Source: an uncultured SAR324 cluster bacterium (GTDB lineage Bacteria; SAR324; NAC60-12). From it: a stretch of DNA of 53,924 nucleotides. The notes beneath the pieces are model-generated. The model searched no databases, had not been told where the DNA came from, and saw only the letters and a program-made list of their open reading frames with translations. Below, piece after piece: positions 1 to 9,691 of the stretch (the first letter of the stretch is position 1; each line of letters opens with the position of its first letter). Location of the stretch: the NCBI GenBank assembly GCA_902590435.1, contig CACIWU010000004.1, positions 1-53,924 of the forward strand, in the 5' to 3' direction. Made by a program: the position numbers and the translations under genes.

Positions 1-1
1 A

Positions 2-505
2 GGTTATACCCTTTCAAAGGGTGACGCATACTGGACTTTTTCAGGAGGATTGGCTGGGATAATTGCAGCTTCTGCTGGAAACGATCTTTATCATCCACTT
101 CAGGCATTCCTAGTTGCTATTGTCGGAGTTATAATAGCCTACAAACTCCATTATTGGGTTGAACGCAAATTTAAGATTGATGATGCTGTTGGGGCTGTTG
201 CAGTCCACGGTTATGCTGGTTCTTTTGGTGTAATAATAGCTGGATTTTTACTATGGGGCTACCCCGCAGTAGCAGATGGATCTTCTACTATTAATCCGCT
301 TGGTCAAATTGGAGGAGCTATCATGATGTTTCTTGTCTTAGGATTTATTCCTGCATACATAGCTTCTAAAATTCTAAATGGTATCGGAGTATTACGGATT
401 CCAAAAGAGGTTGAATTAGCTGGACTAGATTATGTAGAAGATCAAGACTTAGAATCCGAAAGTAAGGAAATTATCAATGCCGAATTAGCCGAAGCGAATA
501 GCTAA
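2..505 (+). CDS. amt: Ammonium/methylammonium transporter (Amt family), 5'-truncated by the window edge
   Basis: The frame is open from position 2 (GYTLSKGDAYWTFSGGLAGIIAASAG...). Amt motifs are present (KIDDAVGAVAVHG, C-terminal LRIPKEVELAGLD), with multiple hydrophobic segments. Confidence 0.9.
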   Translation, partial: GYTLSKGDAYWTFSGGLAGIIAASAGNDLYHPLQAFLVAIVGVIIAYKLHYWVERKFKIDDAVGAVAVHGYAGSFGVIIAGFLLWGYPAVADGSSTINPLGQIGGAIMMFLVLGFIPAYIASKILNGIGVLRIPKEVELAGLDYVEDQDLESESKEIINAELAEANS

Positions 506-535
506 TTCTGTTACTAACTTTTAATGGAGAAATTT

Positions 536-751
536 ATGAGTACTGGACTAGAAAGCTGGAGTGCTGAATCTTTGGCGAAAATGGATGCTCTTTATCCTTT
601 TGTTGGTACAGAAGTATCTCTATCTATCATAGCTATTATCATATGGATCGGTTGGCACGTCTGGCAGATAAAGCATGAAAATAGCTCATTAGATGACCAA
701 ACTAGTAAATTGAAAGGTAATCTTTCAAAGGCTATCTCTGGTGATAAATAA
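536..751 (+). CDS. Small single-pass membrane protein downstream of amt
   Basis: GGAGA RBS precedes the ATG at 536 (the ORF track start at 524 is in frame). It has one TM segment (VSLSIIAIIIWIGWHVWQI) and is followed by a terminator hairpin. Confidence 0.7.
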   Translation: MSTGLESWSAESLAKMDALYPFVGTEVSLSIIAIIIWIGWHVWQIKHENSSLDDQTSKLKGNLSKAISGDK

Positions 752-761
752 TATTTAAATT

Positions 762-792
762 TACGTTGCCGCTGATTTTAAGCGGCAACGTA
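762..792. terminator. Probable bidirectional intrinsic terminator
   Basis: Perfect 12-bp stem TACGTTGCCGCT / AGCGGCAACGTA with a 7-nt loop, GC-rich in an AT-rich background, between convergent genes. Confidence 0.75.
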
Positions 793-865
793 TCGACCTT
801 GCCTTATTATTTAGAATTTTTCCTAAAATATTGTATAAAATTTCATGTACCAACGTATTTTATAA

Positions 866-2170
866 TTAAACATCGAGAGCGTTTGTGTGCTCCCATTCAG
901 TAAAATACTGCATGAAACTGTTCCATTCTTCCATTTTTAACTTAAAGTAAGAATCAGCAAACTCAATTCCAAGTATCTTTCGCAAATTTTTGTTTTTTTC
1001 AAATGATCTCAATGCATCAAGAAGATTCAAGGGAAGCCTAGGTGCATCTATCTTGTCTCCATCTTTGTACATATCAACATCAAGTCTTTTGCCAGGATCA
1101 ATTTTATTTTCAATACCCCACATTCCTGACCCAATAAGTGCTGCTTGAAGCAGATAGGGATTAACAGCACCATCAGCAAGTCTTACCTCAATACGATCTG
1201 AATCTGGAATTCGAATCATATGAGTCCGATTGTTACCTGAATAAGTAACTGTATTCGGAGACCAAGTTGCTCCTGAAGAAGTACGTGGAGCATTAATTCG
1301 CTTGTAACTATTTACAACTGGATTTGTAATCGCAGTCAAACTTTCAGCATTTTTTAGTAATCCTCCAATAAAATTGTAAGCAAGTTTAGAAAGCCCTAGT
1401 TCTCCATTTGCATCTTCCATTAAATTTGTTTTTCCATCGTTACTCCAAACAGAAATATGTGCATGACAACCGTTACCAGTTAAAGACGATAATGGTTTTG
1501 GCATAAAGGTTGCGCGAAATCCGTGCAATTCAGCAATAGTCTTCACCATGTATTTGAAGAATGTATGTCTATCTGCTGTTGTTAGTGCTTCAGAATAATT
1601 CCAATTCATTTCAAACTGTCCGTTTGCATCCTCATGATCGTTCTGATATGGCCCCCAGCCAAGTGTCTCCATGTGATCACAAATTTCTGCAATAAGATCA
1701 TATTTTCTCATAAGGGCTTGCTGATCATAACAAGGCTTTGTTTGAGAGTCAGTAGAATCAGCAATTGATTTACCATCTGGAGAAAGTAAAAAATATTCAC
1801 ATTCAACTCCAGAATTAATAACATATCCCTTTGTATTAGCACTTTGTAAAACTTTTTTGAGGATCGTTCTTGGTCCATGAGATACTATTTTTGTATCAAG
1901 ATATATATCACTAGGCAACCAACCCACTTCTTTATTCCATGGTAATTGAATCAGTCTTTCCGCATCAGGAAGACCAAACATATCTGAATCTGCAGGAGTC
2001 ATGTCAAGATGTGCTGCAAAGCCAGCAAACCCGGCTCCTTCTTTTTGCATTCCCGCTATTGCACTAGTTGGTACAAGCTTTGATCTAACAACTCCAAATA
2101 AGTCCGTAAAACTTATTAAAAAATAGCGGATATCTCTTTTCTTAGCTACCTCTTCAAGTCTAATATTCAT
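866..2170 (-). CDS. gmaS: Gamma-glutamylmethylamide synthetase (GlnT/type III glutamine-synthetase-like)
   Basis: Motifs YFLISFTDLFGVVRSKLVP, GAGFAGFA, GVECEYFL, KPCYDQQALMR, YQNDHEDANGQFEMNW, NGCHAH and SGATWSP. It lies next to amt and tdm. GGAGGAA-type RBS upstream. Confidence 0.85.
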   Translation of the reverse strand: MNIRLEEVAKKRDIRYFLISFTDLFGVVRSKLVPTSAIAGMQKEGAGFAGFAAHLDMTPADSDMFGLPDAERLIQLPWNKEVGWLPSDIYLDTKIVSHGPRTILKKVLQSANTKGYVINSGVECEYFLLSPDGKSIADSTDSQTKPCYDQQALMRKYDLIAEICDHMETLGWGPYQNDHEDANGQFEMNWNYSEALTTADRHTFFKYMVKTIAELHGFRATFMPKPLSSLTGNGCHAHISVWSNDGKTNLMEDANGELGLSKLAYNFIGGLLKNAESLTAITNPVVNSYKRINAPRTSSGATWSPNTVTYSGNNRTHMIRIPDSDRIEVRLADGAVNPYLLQAALIGSGMWGIENKIDPGKRLDVDMYKDGDKIDAPRLPLNLLDALRSFEKNKNLRKILGIEFADSYFKLKMEEWNSFMQYFTEWEHTNALDV

Positions 2171-2293
2171 TAGTTCCTCCTAAGTATTAAAATATATTTT
2201 CAAAAAGTATTATTTAACATGTAACAATATTTTTCATAGATTGTTATAAATCATCTTTAAAATGAAATACATAAAAAAAATTAATAATGTTAG

Positions 2294-2315
2294 GAGAAGA
2301 TATATACTTCTTCTC
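2294..2315. promoter_or_regulatory. Inverted repeat in the gmaS/tdm divergent intergenic region, possible operator
   Basis: GAGAAGA-N8-TCTTCTC, a perfect 7-bp palindrome. Confidence 0.25.
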
Positions 2316-2410
2316 TGAAAAAAGTAATAAAATTAAATTTATTGTCTTGAATTAAAAATTTTTGTAAATAATACTTACATTTTTCTTAACGCTTGGAAGA
2401 ACTGACGACT

Positions 2411-4762
2411 ATGGATCTCGCAAAAACAAGATCAACTTCTGGAATTTTGGAACCTGGTCTTTGGCAACATAAAAAGGGGACAGAGCGTTACCGTGTTCCT
2501 GCCTCCGGGATGATTTTAGTTGAGTTATACTCGGATGATGTAATAACAGTTAAAACTCCTGAAGGTGCTCAGATAGGAGAAATAATTCCCTTTACAGTCA
2601 ACGGAAACGGAGATCCAGCTCTTCTAGGTATAAACAAAACTTTACCCGCTAATGGATTAAAAGGAATTCTTGCTGGAAAATCTGAAAGTGCAATAAGAGT
2701 TCGCAATGTAATGGAAAAAATGAAACTTGATATCTCTACAGCTAAAGCCGCTTTAATTTTTTCGCCGGATTCTAAAGCCAATGAAGAGGTAAGTTATACT
2801 GCAACTTCTCAAACTTCATGTGCCATTACTGCACCAGGAATGATTATGGCAGTTGATGGAGAGAGTTTACCACCAACAGATCTAATAGTTTATGTTCAAA
2901 GAGCATCAATTCCAGAAGAAAATGAAATTGAGCTACCTGAACCACTTGCTGAACCGCGACTCGACTTCAGGATTGATCGTTGTACAGCTAAAGCATTTGA
3001 AGTAAAAGATGGTGAATTTATTCAGGTCATTGACGTAATGGGAAGGGAGTGTTCGGATTTTCAAGCATTTAATAGAAGACAATTAGATATTGGTATTGAA
3101 AGGAATATAGATGTTACAACAACCAGAACTCTTATGGGATCAGGCTATCCAAGTCCTGGTCTTTTTTCAAAATATTATGATGTAGATATGCAACCTCTTG
3201 TCGAAGTAATTCGTGATACTGTAGGAAGGCATGACACTTTTGGTTTGGCGTGTGCAGCAAAATACTACGAAGACATGGGATATTTTGGTCATATCAACTG
3301 CTCAGACAATTTTAATAATGCTCTTGCTCCTTTCAACGTTAAAGAACGCAAAGGGTGGGCTGCAGCAAATTTCTTCTTCAATACAGGTATCGACGAACAC
3401 AATGTTCTATATAGTGACGAACCATGGTCACGTCCTGGAGATTATGTTTTAATGCAGGCTCAAACTGACATAGTTTGTGTATCCTCAGCATGTCCAGACG
3501 ACACCAGTCCTGCAAATGGTTGGGTTCCAACAGATATTCACGTCCGGGTTTACCCGGCAAAAAATAATTTCACTAAAGCTATAACCACTAGAATGACTCC
3601 TGATTCCGAAGCTAAACTTACACAAGAGACCGGTTTTCACCCCAGGACATCGGCACTTACTAGAAACTATACTGAATATAGGGGGTACTGGCTGCCAACT
3701 TGTTATAGAAATAATGGTGCCATAGAAGAATATTTTGCATGTCGAGAAAAAGCCATTGTAACTGACCTTTCGCCACTCAGAAAATTTGAAATTTTAGGTC
3801 CAGATTCTGAAGCACTAATGCAATGGGTTCTAACTCGTAATGTTAGAAAATTAGCAATCGGACAAGTTGTTTATTCTTCCATGTGCTACCCTCATGGAGG
3901 GATGATGGACGATGGAACATTACTGAGACTGGGGCAAGATAATTTTCGATGGATTGGTGGCGATGATTATGGAGGGATTTGGATAAGGGAGCAAGCAGAA
4001 AAACTAGGTTTAAAAGTTTGGGTAAAATCATCAACTGATCAGATACATAATATAGCGGTTCAGGGACCAAAAAGCAGAGAAATTCTTAAGAAATTTGTTT
4101 GGACATCTCCAACTCAACCAAAATTGGAAGAGATAGGTTGGTTTAGATTCACACTTGGTAGAATTGGAGATCTAAATGGTAAACCAATAATGGTTTCTCG
4201 CACTGGTTATACTGGAGAATTAGGATATGAAATTTGGTGTCATCCGAAAGATGCTACGGAAGTGTGGGATATTGTTTTGGAAGAAGGTAAACCACATGGA
4301 ATTCTACCACTAGGCTTGGAAGCTTTGGATATGCTTCGAATTGAATCCGGACTTGTCTTTGCGGGCTATGAATTCAGCGATGAGATTGATCCGTACGAAT
4401 CAGGTGTTGGATTCACAGTCCCTCTAAAAACAAAGGAAGATGATTTTGTTGGACGAGATGCACTTGTAAAACGCAAGGAAAATCCTCAACGTAAACTCGT
4501 CGGCCTTGAACTAGAAGGGAATGAACAGAGTTCACATGGAGATTGTGTTCATGTTGGAAGGGGTCAAGTGGGAATAATTACTAGCGGTACGCGCTCTCCA
4601 ATTTTAAAAAAGAATATTGCTCTGTGCAGAATGGATGTTAATTATTCAGAAGTTGGTACAGAAGTTCAAATTGGTAAACTTGATGGACATCAAAAAAGAA
4701 TCCAGGCAGTAGTTGTTCCTTTCCCATTCTATGATCCAGAAAAACTCAAACCACGATCTTGA
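2411..4762 (+). CDS. tdm: Trimethylamine N-oxide demethylase (DUF1989 plus GcvT-like THF-binding domain)
   Basis: The DUF1989 region GRHDTFGLAC...GHINC...SSACPDD has C/H/C/C at offsets 0/+13/+16/+80, matching the recalled Methylocella Tdm metal ligands C263/H276/C279/C343. The C-terminal GcvT fold has DLSPLRKFE, SRTGYTGELGYE and LRIESG. ATG at 2411; in-frame TTG at 2393. Confidence 0.9.
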   Translation: MDLAKTRSTSGILEPGLWQHKKGTERYRVPASGMILVELYSDDVITVKTPEGAQIGEIIPFTVNGNGDPALLGINKTLPANGLKGILAGKSESAIRVRNVMEKMKLDISTAKAALIFSPDSKANEEVSYTATSQTSCAITAPGMIMAVDGESLPPTDLIVYVQRASIPEENEIELPEPLAEPRLDFRIDRCTAKAFEVKDGEFIQVIDVMGRECSDFQAFNRRQLDIGIERNIDVTTTRTLMGSGYPSPGLFSKYYDVDMQPLVEVIRDTVGRHDTFGLACAAKYYEDMGYFGHINCSDNFNNALAPFNVKERKGWAAANFFFNTGIDEHNVLYSDEPWSRPGDYVLMQAQTDIVCVSSACPDDTSPANGWVPTDIHVRVYPAKNNFTKAITTRMTPDSEAKLTQETGFHPRTSALTRNYTEYRGYWLPTCYRNNGAIEEYFACREKAIVTDLSPLRKFEILGPDSEALMQWVLTRNVRKLAIGQVVYSSMCYPHGGMMDDGTLLRLGQDNFRWIGGDDYGGIWIREQAEKLGLKVWVKSSTDQIHNIAVQGPKSREILKKFVWTSPTQPKLEEIGWFRFTLGRIGDLNGKPIMVSRTGYTGELGYEIWCHPKDATEVWDIVLEEGKPHGILPLGLEALDMLRIESGLVFAGYEFSDEIDPYESGVGFTVPLKTKEDDFVGRDALVKRKENPQRKLVGLELEGNEQSSHGDCVHVGRGQVGIITSGTRSPILKKNIALCRMDVNYSEVGTEVQIGKLDGHQKRIQAVVVPFPFYDPEKLKPRS

Positions 4763-4922
4763 CTTCTTATTTTTTTTAAGTTAGATTTGCAACCATTAAA
4801 AATTATAACATTATAAAAAATGAAAACAATAAAAACGGGCAAAATGTATTTTATTCTTTTAGCCCAATATTTCCAAATTTCATATGAAAAATCTTTCACA
4901 AAAAAAGAAATAATGAGGTAAC

Positions 4923-6389
4923 ATGACGGACTTAGAAGCATACGTTAGCGCAGATGGAAGGAATGAACTAGTAAAACAAGTTAGATCAAAAATAAATGAA
5001 CTTGGAATAACCTATATTTATTATCAATTTATTTCAGTTACAGGAAGAATAGTTGGTAAAGGTATTCCAGCTGATCACTGGGAAAGAACTGCAGAAAGGG
5101 GCTTCCAACTAGTCTATGGATCTACTGCAAATCTATTCATCGACCGACATGGAGATTACATTGGTTATGGTCCAGAAGCAATGGAGCTCGTCGGAATTCC
5201 TGATCCAGAAACATTCTGTCAATTACCATGGGATAAACGAGTTGCAAGAGTTTTTTGTGTTTGTTTTCGAAATCGTGAAGAAAGAGAGAATCCTGGCATG
5301 GCTTTAACATCTGATTGCAGGGGAAATCTCAAACGTTTCCACAAAGAATTCCAAGAAAAATACAATATGGATTTCAGAGTGGGAACAGAACCCGAAATGA
5401 TGTGGCTCAAAAAAGGTGAAGACGGAAAGCCGAATGGTGGTTTCTCTGAACCATATTGTTATCACATTGATCAGTTTGAATCTTTAAGGCCCGTTTTTAT
5501 GAAAGTAATCGAATACTGTAATGCAATGGGACTAGATATGATTCAAGGAGATCATGAGGACGCTCCAGGACAGCTAGAGTTAAATTGGACCTTCGATGAT
5601 GTAGTTCGAAATTCTGATAGACTATCTACTTATAGGCAAATATGTGCACAAGTAGCACGTGAAAACAATCTAATCGCCTGTTTTATGACTAAACCATTTA
5701 TGGGAGTTTCAGCATCGGGTTGCCATACGAATATTTCTCTTTGGAAGGGAGGAAGCCAATCAGTAAACAAACTTCACAACGATGTACTTCCTGGTATGGA
5801 GGATGTTTTTACTTACCGAAGTGGTGGAGAAAACACGTTTATGCCTGACACAGATGATCCACAAATGCCTGGTAAGATTGGCCTGCAATGTGTGGGTGGA
5901 ATAGTTAATCACTTGGGAGCTCTCACAGCTTTAGGTTGCTCAACTGTAAACTCATATAGACGTCTTTGGGACACAGGTTTCTGGGCACCTGTATTTGCAG
6001 ATTGGGGATATCAAAACCGAACAACAGGTCTTCGTATCTCAGCTCCTGGAAGATTTGAATATCGTGCAGTTGATTCAATGGTAAATCCATACTTGATGGG
6101 TGCAGCTCTTCTAAAGGCATTTGAAGATGGCATCGACAACAATATCGACCCTGGGAAACCTGAAAATCGTAACATTTATCAAGCAATGGAAGAAGGAAAA
6201 CAAGTCAAGAAACTACCTATGTCTTTGGGAGAAGCTCTTGATCGTCTCGCTAAAGATGAGGTCATTAAGTCTTCAATGCCCGATGAAATGTACAGAATTT
6301 TCCATTGGTACAAGAACGACGAATGGGAGCGGTTCATGCACACTACAACCGAATGGGATCTAGATACATATCTTGATTGTTTGCCCTAA
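4923..6389 (+). CDS. Glutamine-synthetase-like gamma-glutamyl:amine ligase (second, divergent paralog)
   Basis: GS catalytic motifs GTEPEM, DHEDAPGQLE, KPFMGVSASGCH, NSYRRL, NRTTGLRI and FEYRAVD. The glutamate flap reads GFWAP instead of GYEAP, so it is probably not a true GS. GAGGT RBS. Confidence 0.85.
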   Translation: MTDLEAYVSADGRNELVKQVRSKINELGITYIYYQFISVTGRIVGKGIPADHWERTAERGFQLVYGSTANLFIDRHGDYIGYGPEAMELVGIPDPETFCQLPWDKRVARVFCVCFRNREERENPGMALTSDCRGNLKRFHKEFQEKYNMDFRVGTEPEMMWLKKGEDGKPNGGFSEPYCYHIDQFESLRPVFMKVIEYCNAMGLDMIQGDHEDAPGQLELNWTFDDVVRNSDRLSTYRQICAQVARENNLIACFMTKPFMGVSASGCHTNISLWKGGSQSVNKLHNDVLPGMEDVFTYRSGGENTFMPDTDDPQMPGKIGLQCVGGIVNHLGALTALGCSTVNSYRRLWDTGFWAPVFADWGYQNRTTGLRISAPGRFEYRAVDSMVNPYLMGAALLKAFEDGIDNNIDPGKPENRNIYQAMEEGKQVKKLPMSLGEALDRLAKDEVIKSSMPDEMYRIFHWYKNDEWERFMHTTTEWDLDTYLDCLP

Positions 6390-6465
6390 ACGCTCTTTCA
6401 AAAAAATACTAGCAAATAAAAATTTTAAATGAAAAATATTTTTTTTAATTGAGGAGGAATTTTTT

Positions 6466-7401
6466 ATGTGTGGTATTGCAGGAATAATACACCGAGGGAA
6501 ACCTGGGAATATCGGTGGAGAAATAACCTCAATGCTCAGATCCTTGAAACACAGAGGACCAGATTCAACTGGATTAGCCGTGTATGGTATTCCGGATAAT
6601 AATCAATGTGTCATGCGATTTAAGGTTGCTGAACAGGAAGATGTTAGTAAGGGTTTCAATATCCATCAGGAAATTAAAGATCGACGTAAAGTTGTGAATA
6701 ACCGTCTTAAAGAGCTTGGTGTAAAAATATTATCTGAGGATGTAGCAACAGAATATGCTTTTCGATACACCTTAAGCTATGATGGAGATATGCATCATTT
6801 GGCAGATTACATTGAAGACATAGAAGGTACAGAAATTATGTCTTTAGGAAAAGCACTTGAATTAATTAAAGATTTAGGAGATGCGGATGTAGTTTCAGAT
6901 CAGTATGGTATTGCCAATTTCAAAGGTAGTCATGCTATCGGGCATACTCGTATGGCAACTGAGTCAGATGTTGATATTCGATCTGCTCATCCATATTGGG
7001 CATATCCTTTCAATGATGTGGCTGTCGTCCACAATGGACAGTTGACAAATTATTGGAACTGGAGAAGGAATCTAGAACACCGTGGCCATCGCTTCATGTC
7101 TAACTGCGATTCAGAGCTGATTGCTGTTTATTTAGCAGATAAAATGGATCAAAAGATTGAACTTATCGATGCCATGCATGACTCTTTAGATGAGCTTGAT
7201 GGTGTATTTACATATGTTGTAGCAACTTCTGATAAACTAGGAATGGCGAAAGATTATATGGCGGCAAAACCAATGGTTCTTCATGAATCTGATGATTTTG
7301 TTGCGCTCGCTTCAGAAGAAGTTGCCATTCGCAGCATATTTCCACATGAAATTGATACATTTGATCCATATGAAGGTGAGGTTAGAGTATGGGAACTATA
7401 G
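6466..7401 (+). CDS. Class II glutamine amidotransferase, GlxB/MgsA-like
   Basis: N-terminal MCGIAG nucleophile, HRGPDSTG, GHTRMATES, HNGQLTN and CDSE. GAGGAGG RBS. Confidence 0.85.
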   Translation: MCGIAGIIHRGKPGNIGGEITSMLRSLKHRGPDSTGLAVYGIPDNNQCVMRFKVAEQEDVSKGFNIHQEIKDRRKVVNNRLKELGVKILSEDVATEYAFRYTLSYDGDMHHLADYIEDIEGTEIMSLGKALELIKDLGDADVVSDQYGIANFKGSHAIGHTRMATESDVDIRSAHPYWAYPFNDVAVVHNGQLTNYWNWRRNLEHRGHRFMSNCDSELIAVYLADKMDQKIELIDAMHDSLDELDGVFTYVVATSDKLGMAKDYMAAKPMVLHESDDFVALASEEVAIRSIFPHEIDTFDPYEGEVRVWEL

Positions 7402-8228
7402 AAAAATCATTCGACGCTGGATTGCACACTGAACAACTTCGTGGAAGAACTCAGCAAACTTTTTTTTCATCAACCGAAGAAGAAAATTTTATTTATCCGT
7501 ACAATGGATTTGAAGTCGATATTGATAAAAAAACTGAATTTGATGCCCAAGATTTGGAAAGTTCAGAAATAAATCTAAAAATTCGTAGTCTAATGAAAGA
7601 AGGCTATGGACACATTGTCGTTAAAAATCCGCGAGCAAAACACTCAATTGGAGTTGGAATTCTCAACAGACTTTCGCTTGAATTCGAGGGTAGTCTCGGT
7701 TACTTCGGATGTGGTTTAGTTGACGGTCCAAATATTCATATTTCTGGAAGAGTTGGATGGTCATTTGGTGAAAACATGATGGCAGGGACTATCGTTGTAG
7801 AAAAGAACGCTGGATCAACATTTGGAGCTGCGATTCGTGGAGGTGATCTAGTTTGTAAAGGAGATGTAGGATCTAGAACGGGTATAGATATGAAAGGTGG
7901 TAACATTATAGTTGGTGGTCGAACAGGGACTCTATCAGGATTTATGATGCAGAGAGGCAGAATGATTGTCCTCGGAGATGCTGGTCCAAATTTGGGAGAT
8001 TCAATGTACGACGGTACAATATACATTGGGGGTAAAATTGATTCTTTAGGAGTAGATGCTGTTCAATCTGAAATTACGGATCTAGAAATAAAATGGATTG
8101 AACGTAAACTTTCTTTATATGGTCTAGAGGCACCAAATGGTGCTTCTAAATTACAAAAGATAGTAGCAGGAAAACAATTATGGAATTACGACAATCTTGA
8201 ACCTTCTGAAAAGAAGATTGTTCTATAG
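7389..8228 (+). CDS. GXGXG beta-helix protein (GltB C-terminal/FwdC-like), GlxC/MgsB-like, with an N-terminal extension
   Basis: Gly-rich repeats GENMMAG, GAAIRGG, GIDMKGG, GFMMQRG and GDSMYDG. It overlaps the upstream gene by 13 nt. Confidence 0.85.
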   Translation: MGTIEKSFDAGLHTEQLRGRTQQTFFSSTEEENFIYPYNGFEVDIDKKTEFDAQDLESSEINLKIRSLMKEGYGHIVVKNPRAKHSIGVGILNRLSLEFEGSLGYFGCGLVDGPNIHISGRVGWSFGENMMAGTIVVEKNAGSTFGAAIRGGDLVCKGDVGSRTGIDMKGGNIIVGGRTGTLSGFMMQRGRMIVLGDAGPNLGDSMYDGTIYIGGKIDSLGVDAVQSEITDLEIKWIERKLSLYGLEAPNGASKLQKIVAGKQLWNYDNLEPSEKKIVL

Positions 8229-8279
8229 GTTGAAAAATTATTTTTAATCATACACTTTAATTTAAATTAAAAGAACACT

Positions 8280-9611
8280 ATGGCAAGGAATAAATCAGTA
8301 TTGGGGAAGAGTTTCATTTTTCAGCCAGAGGTAATAGATGATATCCATATTAAGGCTGAACTAGGAAGATATAGAATGAGAGGTATGTCTTTGTTTAAAA
8401 ACATCCCGACATGGGATGATCTCACTTTTTTACCAGGAACTCTCACTAGATTTGTAATTGAAGGTTATCGAGAAAAATGCTTAACTAAGACTGTTATTGG
8501 TCCAAAAGCTAAAAGACCTTTGGAATTAGACATTCCAATATATATTACTGGAATGAGCTTTGGTGCGTTGAGCTATGAAGCTAAAACTGCACTGGCTAGA
8601 GGAGCAACAATGGCAGGTACAGCAACCTGTTCCGGTGAAGGAGGTATGATTCCAGATGAACGAAGATATTCATCAAAATGGCTATACCAATGTATACAGT
8701 CCAGATATGGATTTAATCCTCATCATCTAAGACTTGCAGATGCCTGCGAATTCTTTATTGGACAAGGATGTAAGGTTGGTCTGGGCGGTCACTTAATGGG
8801 ACAAAAAGTAACAGATCAAGTTGCAGAAATGCGTTCACTTCCAGCAGGGATAGATCAAAGATCTCCTGCCCGACACCCGGACTGGTTAGGACCTGATGAT
8901 CTAGCCTTAAAAATTCAAGAAATAAGAGAAGCAACAGACTGTCAGATTCCTATCCAGCTAAAACTTGGTGCTGCTCGCGTATACGACGACGTTCGCATGG
9001 CTTTAAAAACAAATCCGGATAGTATATATATTGATGGAATGGAGGGGTCTACTGGTGCAGGACCTCATCTCGCCACAGAAGAAACAGGAGTACCTGGAAT
9101 TGCTGCTATAAGACAAGCTCGTAAGGCATTCGACGATTTAGGCTACACTGGGAAAGTTTCTCTAGTTTATGCAGGGGGGATTCGTAATGGTGCTGATGTA
9201 GCAAAAGCTCTTGCATTAGGGGCAGACGCCATAGCAATTGGTCATTCTGCCATGATGGCACTTAATTGTAACAAAGACATACCTGAAGCAGACTACCAAG
9301 AGGAAATGGGAGTAGATGCTGGAGATTGTTATCATTGTCATACTGGTCGTTGTCCAGTTGGAGTTGCAACTCAGGATCCTGAATTAAGGAAAAGGCTTAA
9401 TCCTGATGAAGCTGCAGAACGTGTTTACAATTTTCTTCACTGTCTGACAATTGAATGTCAAATGATGGCTAGAGCTTGCGGGAAAACTAATGTTCATTCC
9501 TTAGAACCGGAAGACTTAGCCGCTCTAACAATGGAAGCTTCCGCTTTAGCCCAAGTACCATTAGCTGGATCACAACACACAGTAGGAAGACCAGATATGA
9601 ATCGCTACTAA
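8280..9611 (+). CDS. FMN-binding glutamate-synthase-family protein, GlxD/MgsC-like, retaining an Fe-S Cys motif
   Basis: Motifs GMSFGALS, SGEGG, GQGCKVGLGG, RSPARHPD, IDGMEGSTG, GGIRNGADVAKALALGAD and CYHCHTGRCPVGVATQD. Confidence 0.88.
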   Translation: MARNKSVLGKSFIFQPEVIDDIHIKAELGRYRMRGMSLFKNIPTWDDLTFLPGTLTRFVIEGYREKCLTKTVIGPKAKRPLELDIPIYITGMSFGALSYEAKTALARGATMAGTATCSGEGGMIPDERRYSSKWLYQCIQSRYGFNPHHLRLADACEFFIGQGCKVGLGGHLMGQKVTDQVAEMRSLPAGIDQRSPARHPDWLGPDDLALKIQEIREATDCQIPIQLKLGAARVYDDVRMALKTNPDSIYIDGMEGSTGAGPHLATEETGVPGIAAIRQARKAFDDLGYTGKVSLVYAGGIRNGADVAKALALGADAIAIGHSAMMALNCNKDIPEADYQEEMGVDAGDCYHCHTGRCPVGVATQDPELRKRLNPDEAAERVYNFLHCLTIECQMMARACGKTNVHSLEPEDLAALTMEASALAQVPLAGSQHTVGRPDMNRY

Positions 9612-9691
9612 GTAATTCAGAAATATTAAAAAATAGATCTTTTATTTTTTTTTAATCTTAATACTTAAAAAACATTTAGATTTTAATTAAT

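Noticed and set aside
2411-4762. Calling this gene gcvT or dmdA
   Set aside because: At about 780 aa with an N-terminal DUF1989 region and Tdm-spaced metal ligands, it fits Tdm.
4729-4941. 70-aa minus-strand hydrophobic ORF spanning the tdm-ligase gap
   Set aside because: It is an AT-rich intergenic translation that overlaps both flanking genes and has no RBS.
7736-8026. 96-aa antisense ORF rich in Pro
   Set aside because: It is the mirror of the Gly-rich GXGXG repeats on the coding strand.
866-9611. Reading the locus as ordinary GS/GOGAT ammonium assimilation (amt, glnA, gltB pieces)
   Set aside because: Both ligases lack the GS flap glutamate, the gltB domains are split as in glxBCD, there is no gltD, and tdm sits in the middle.
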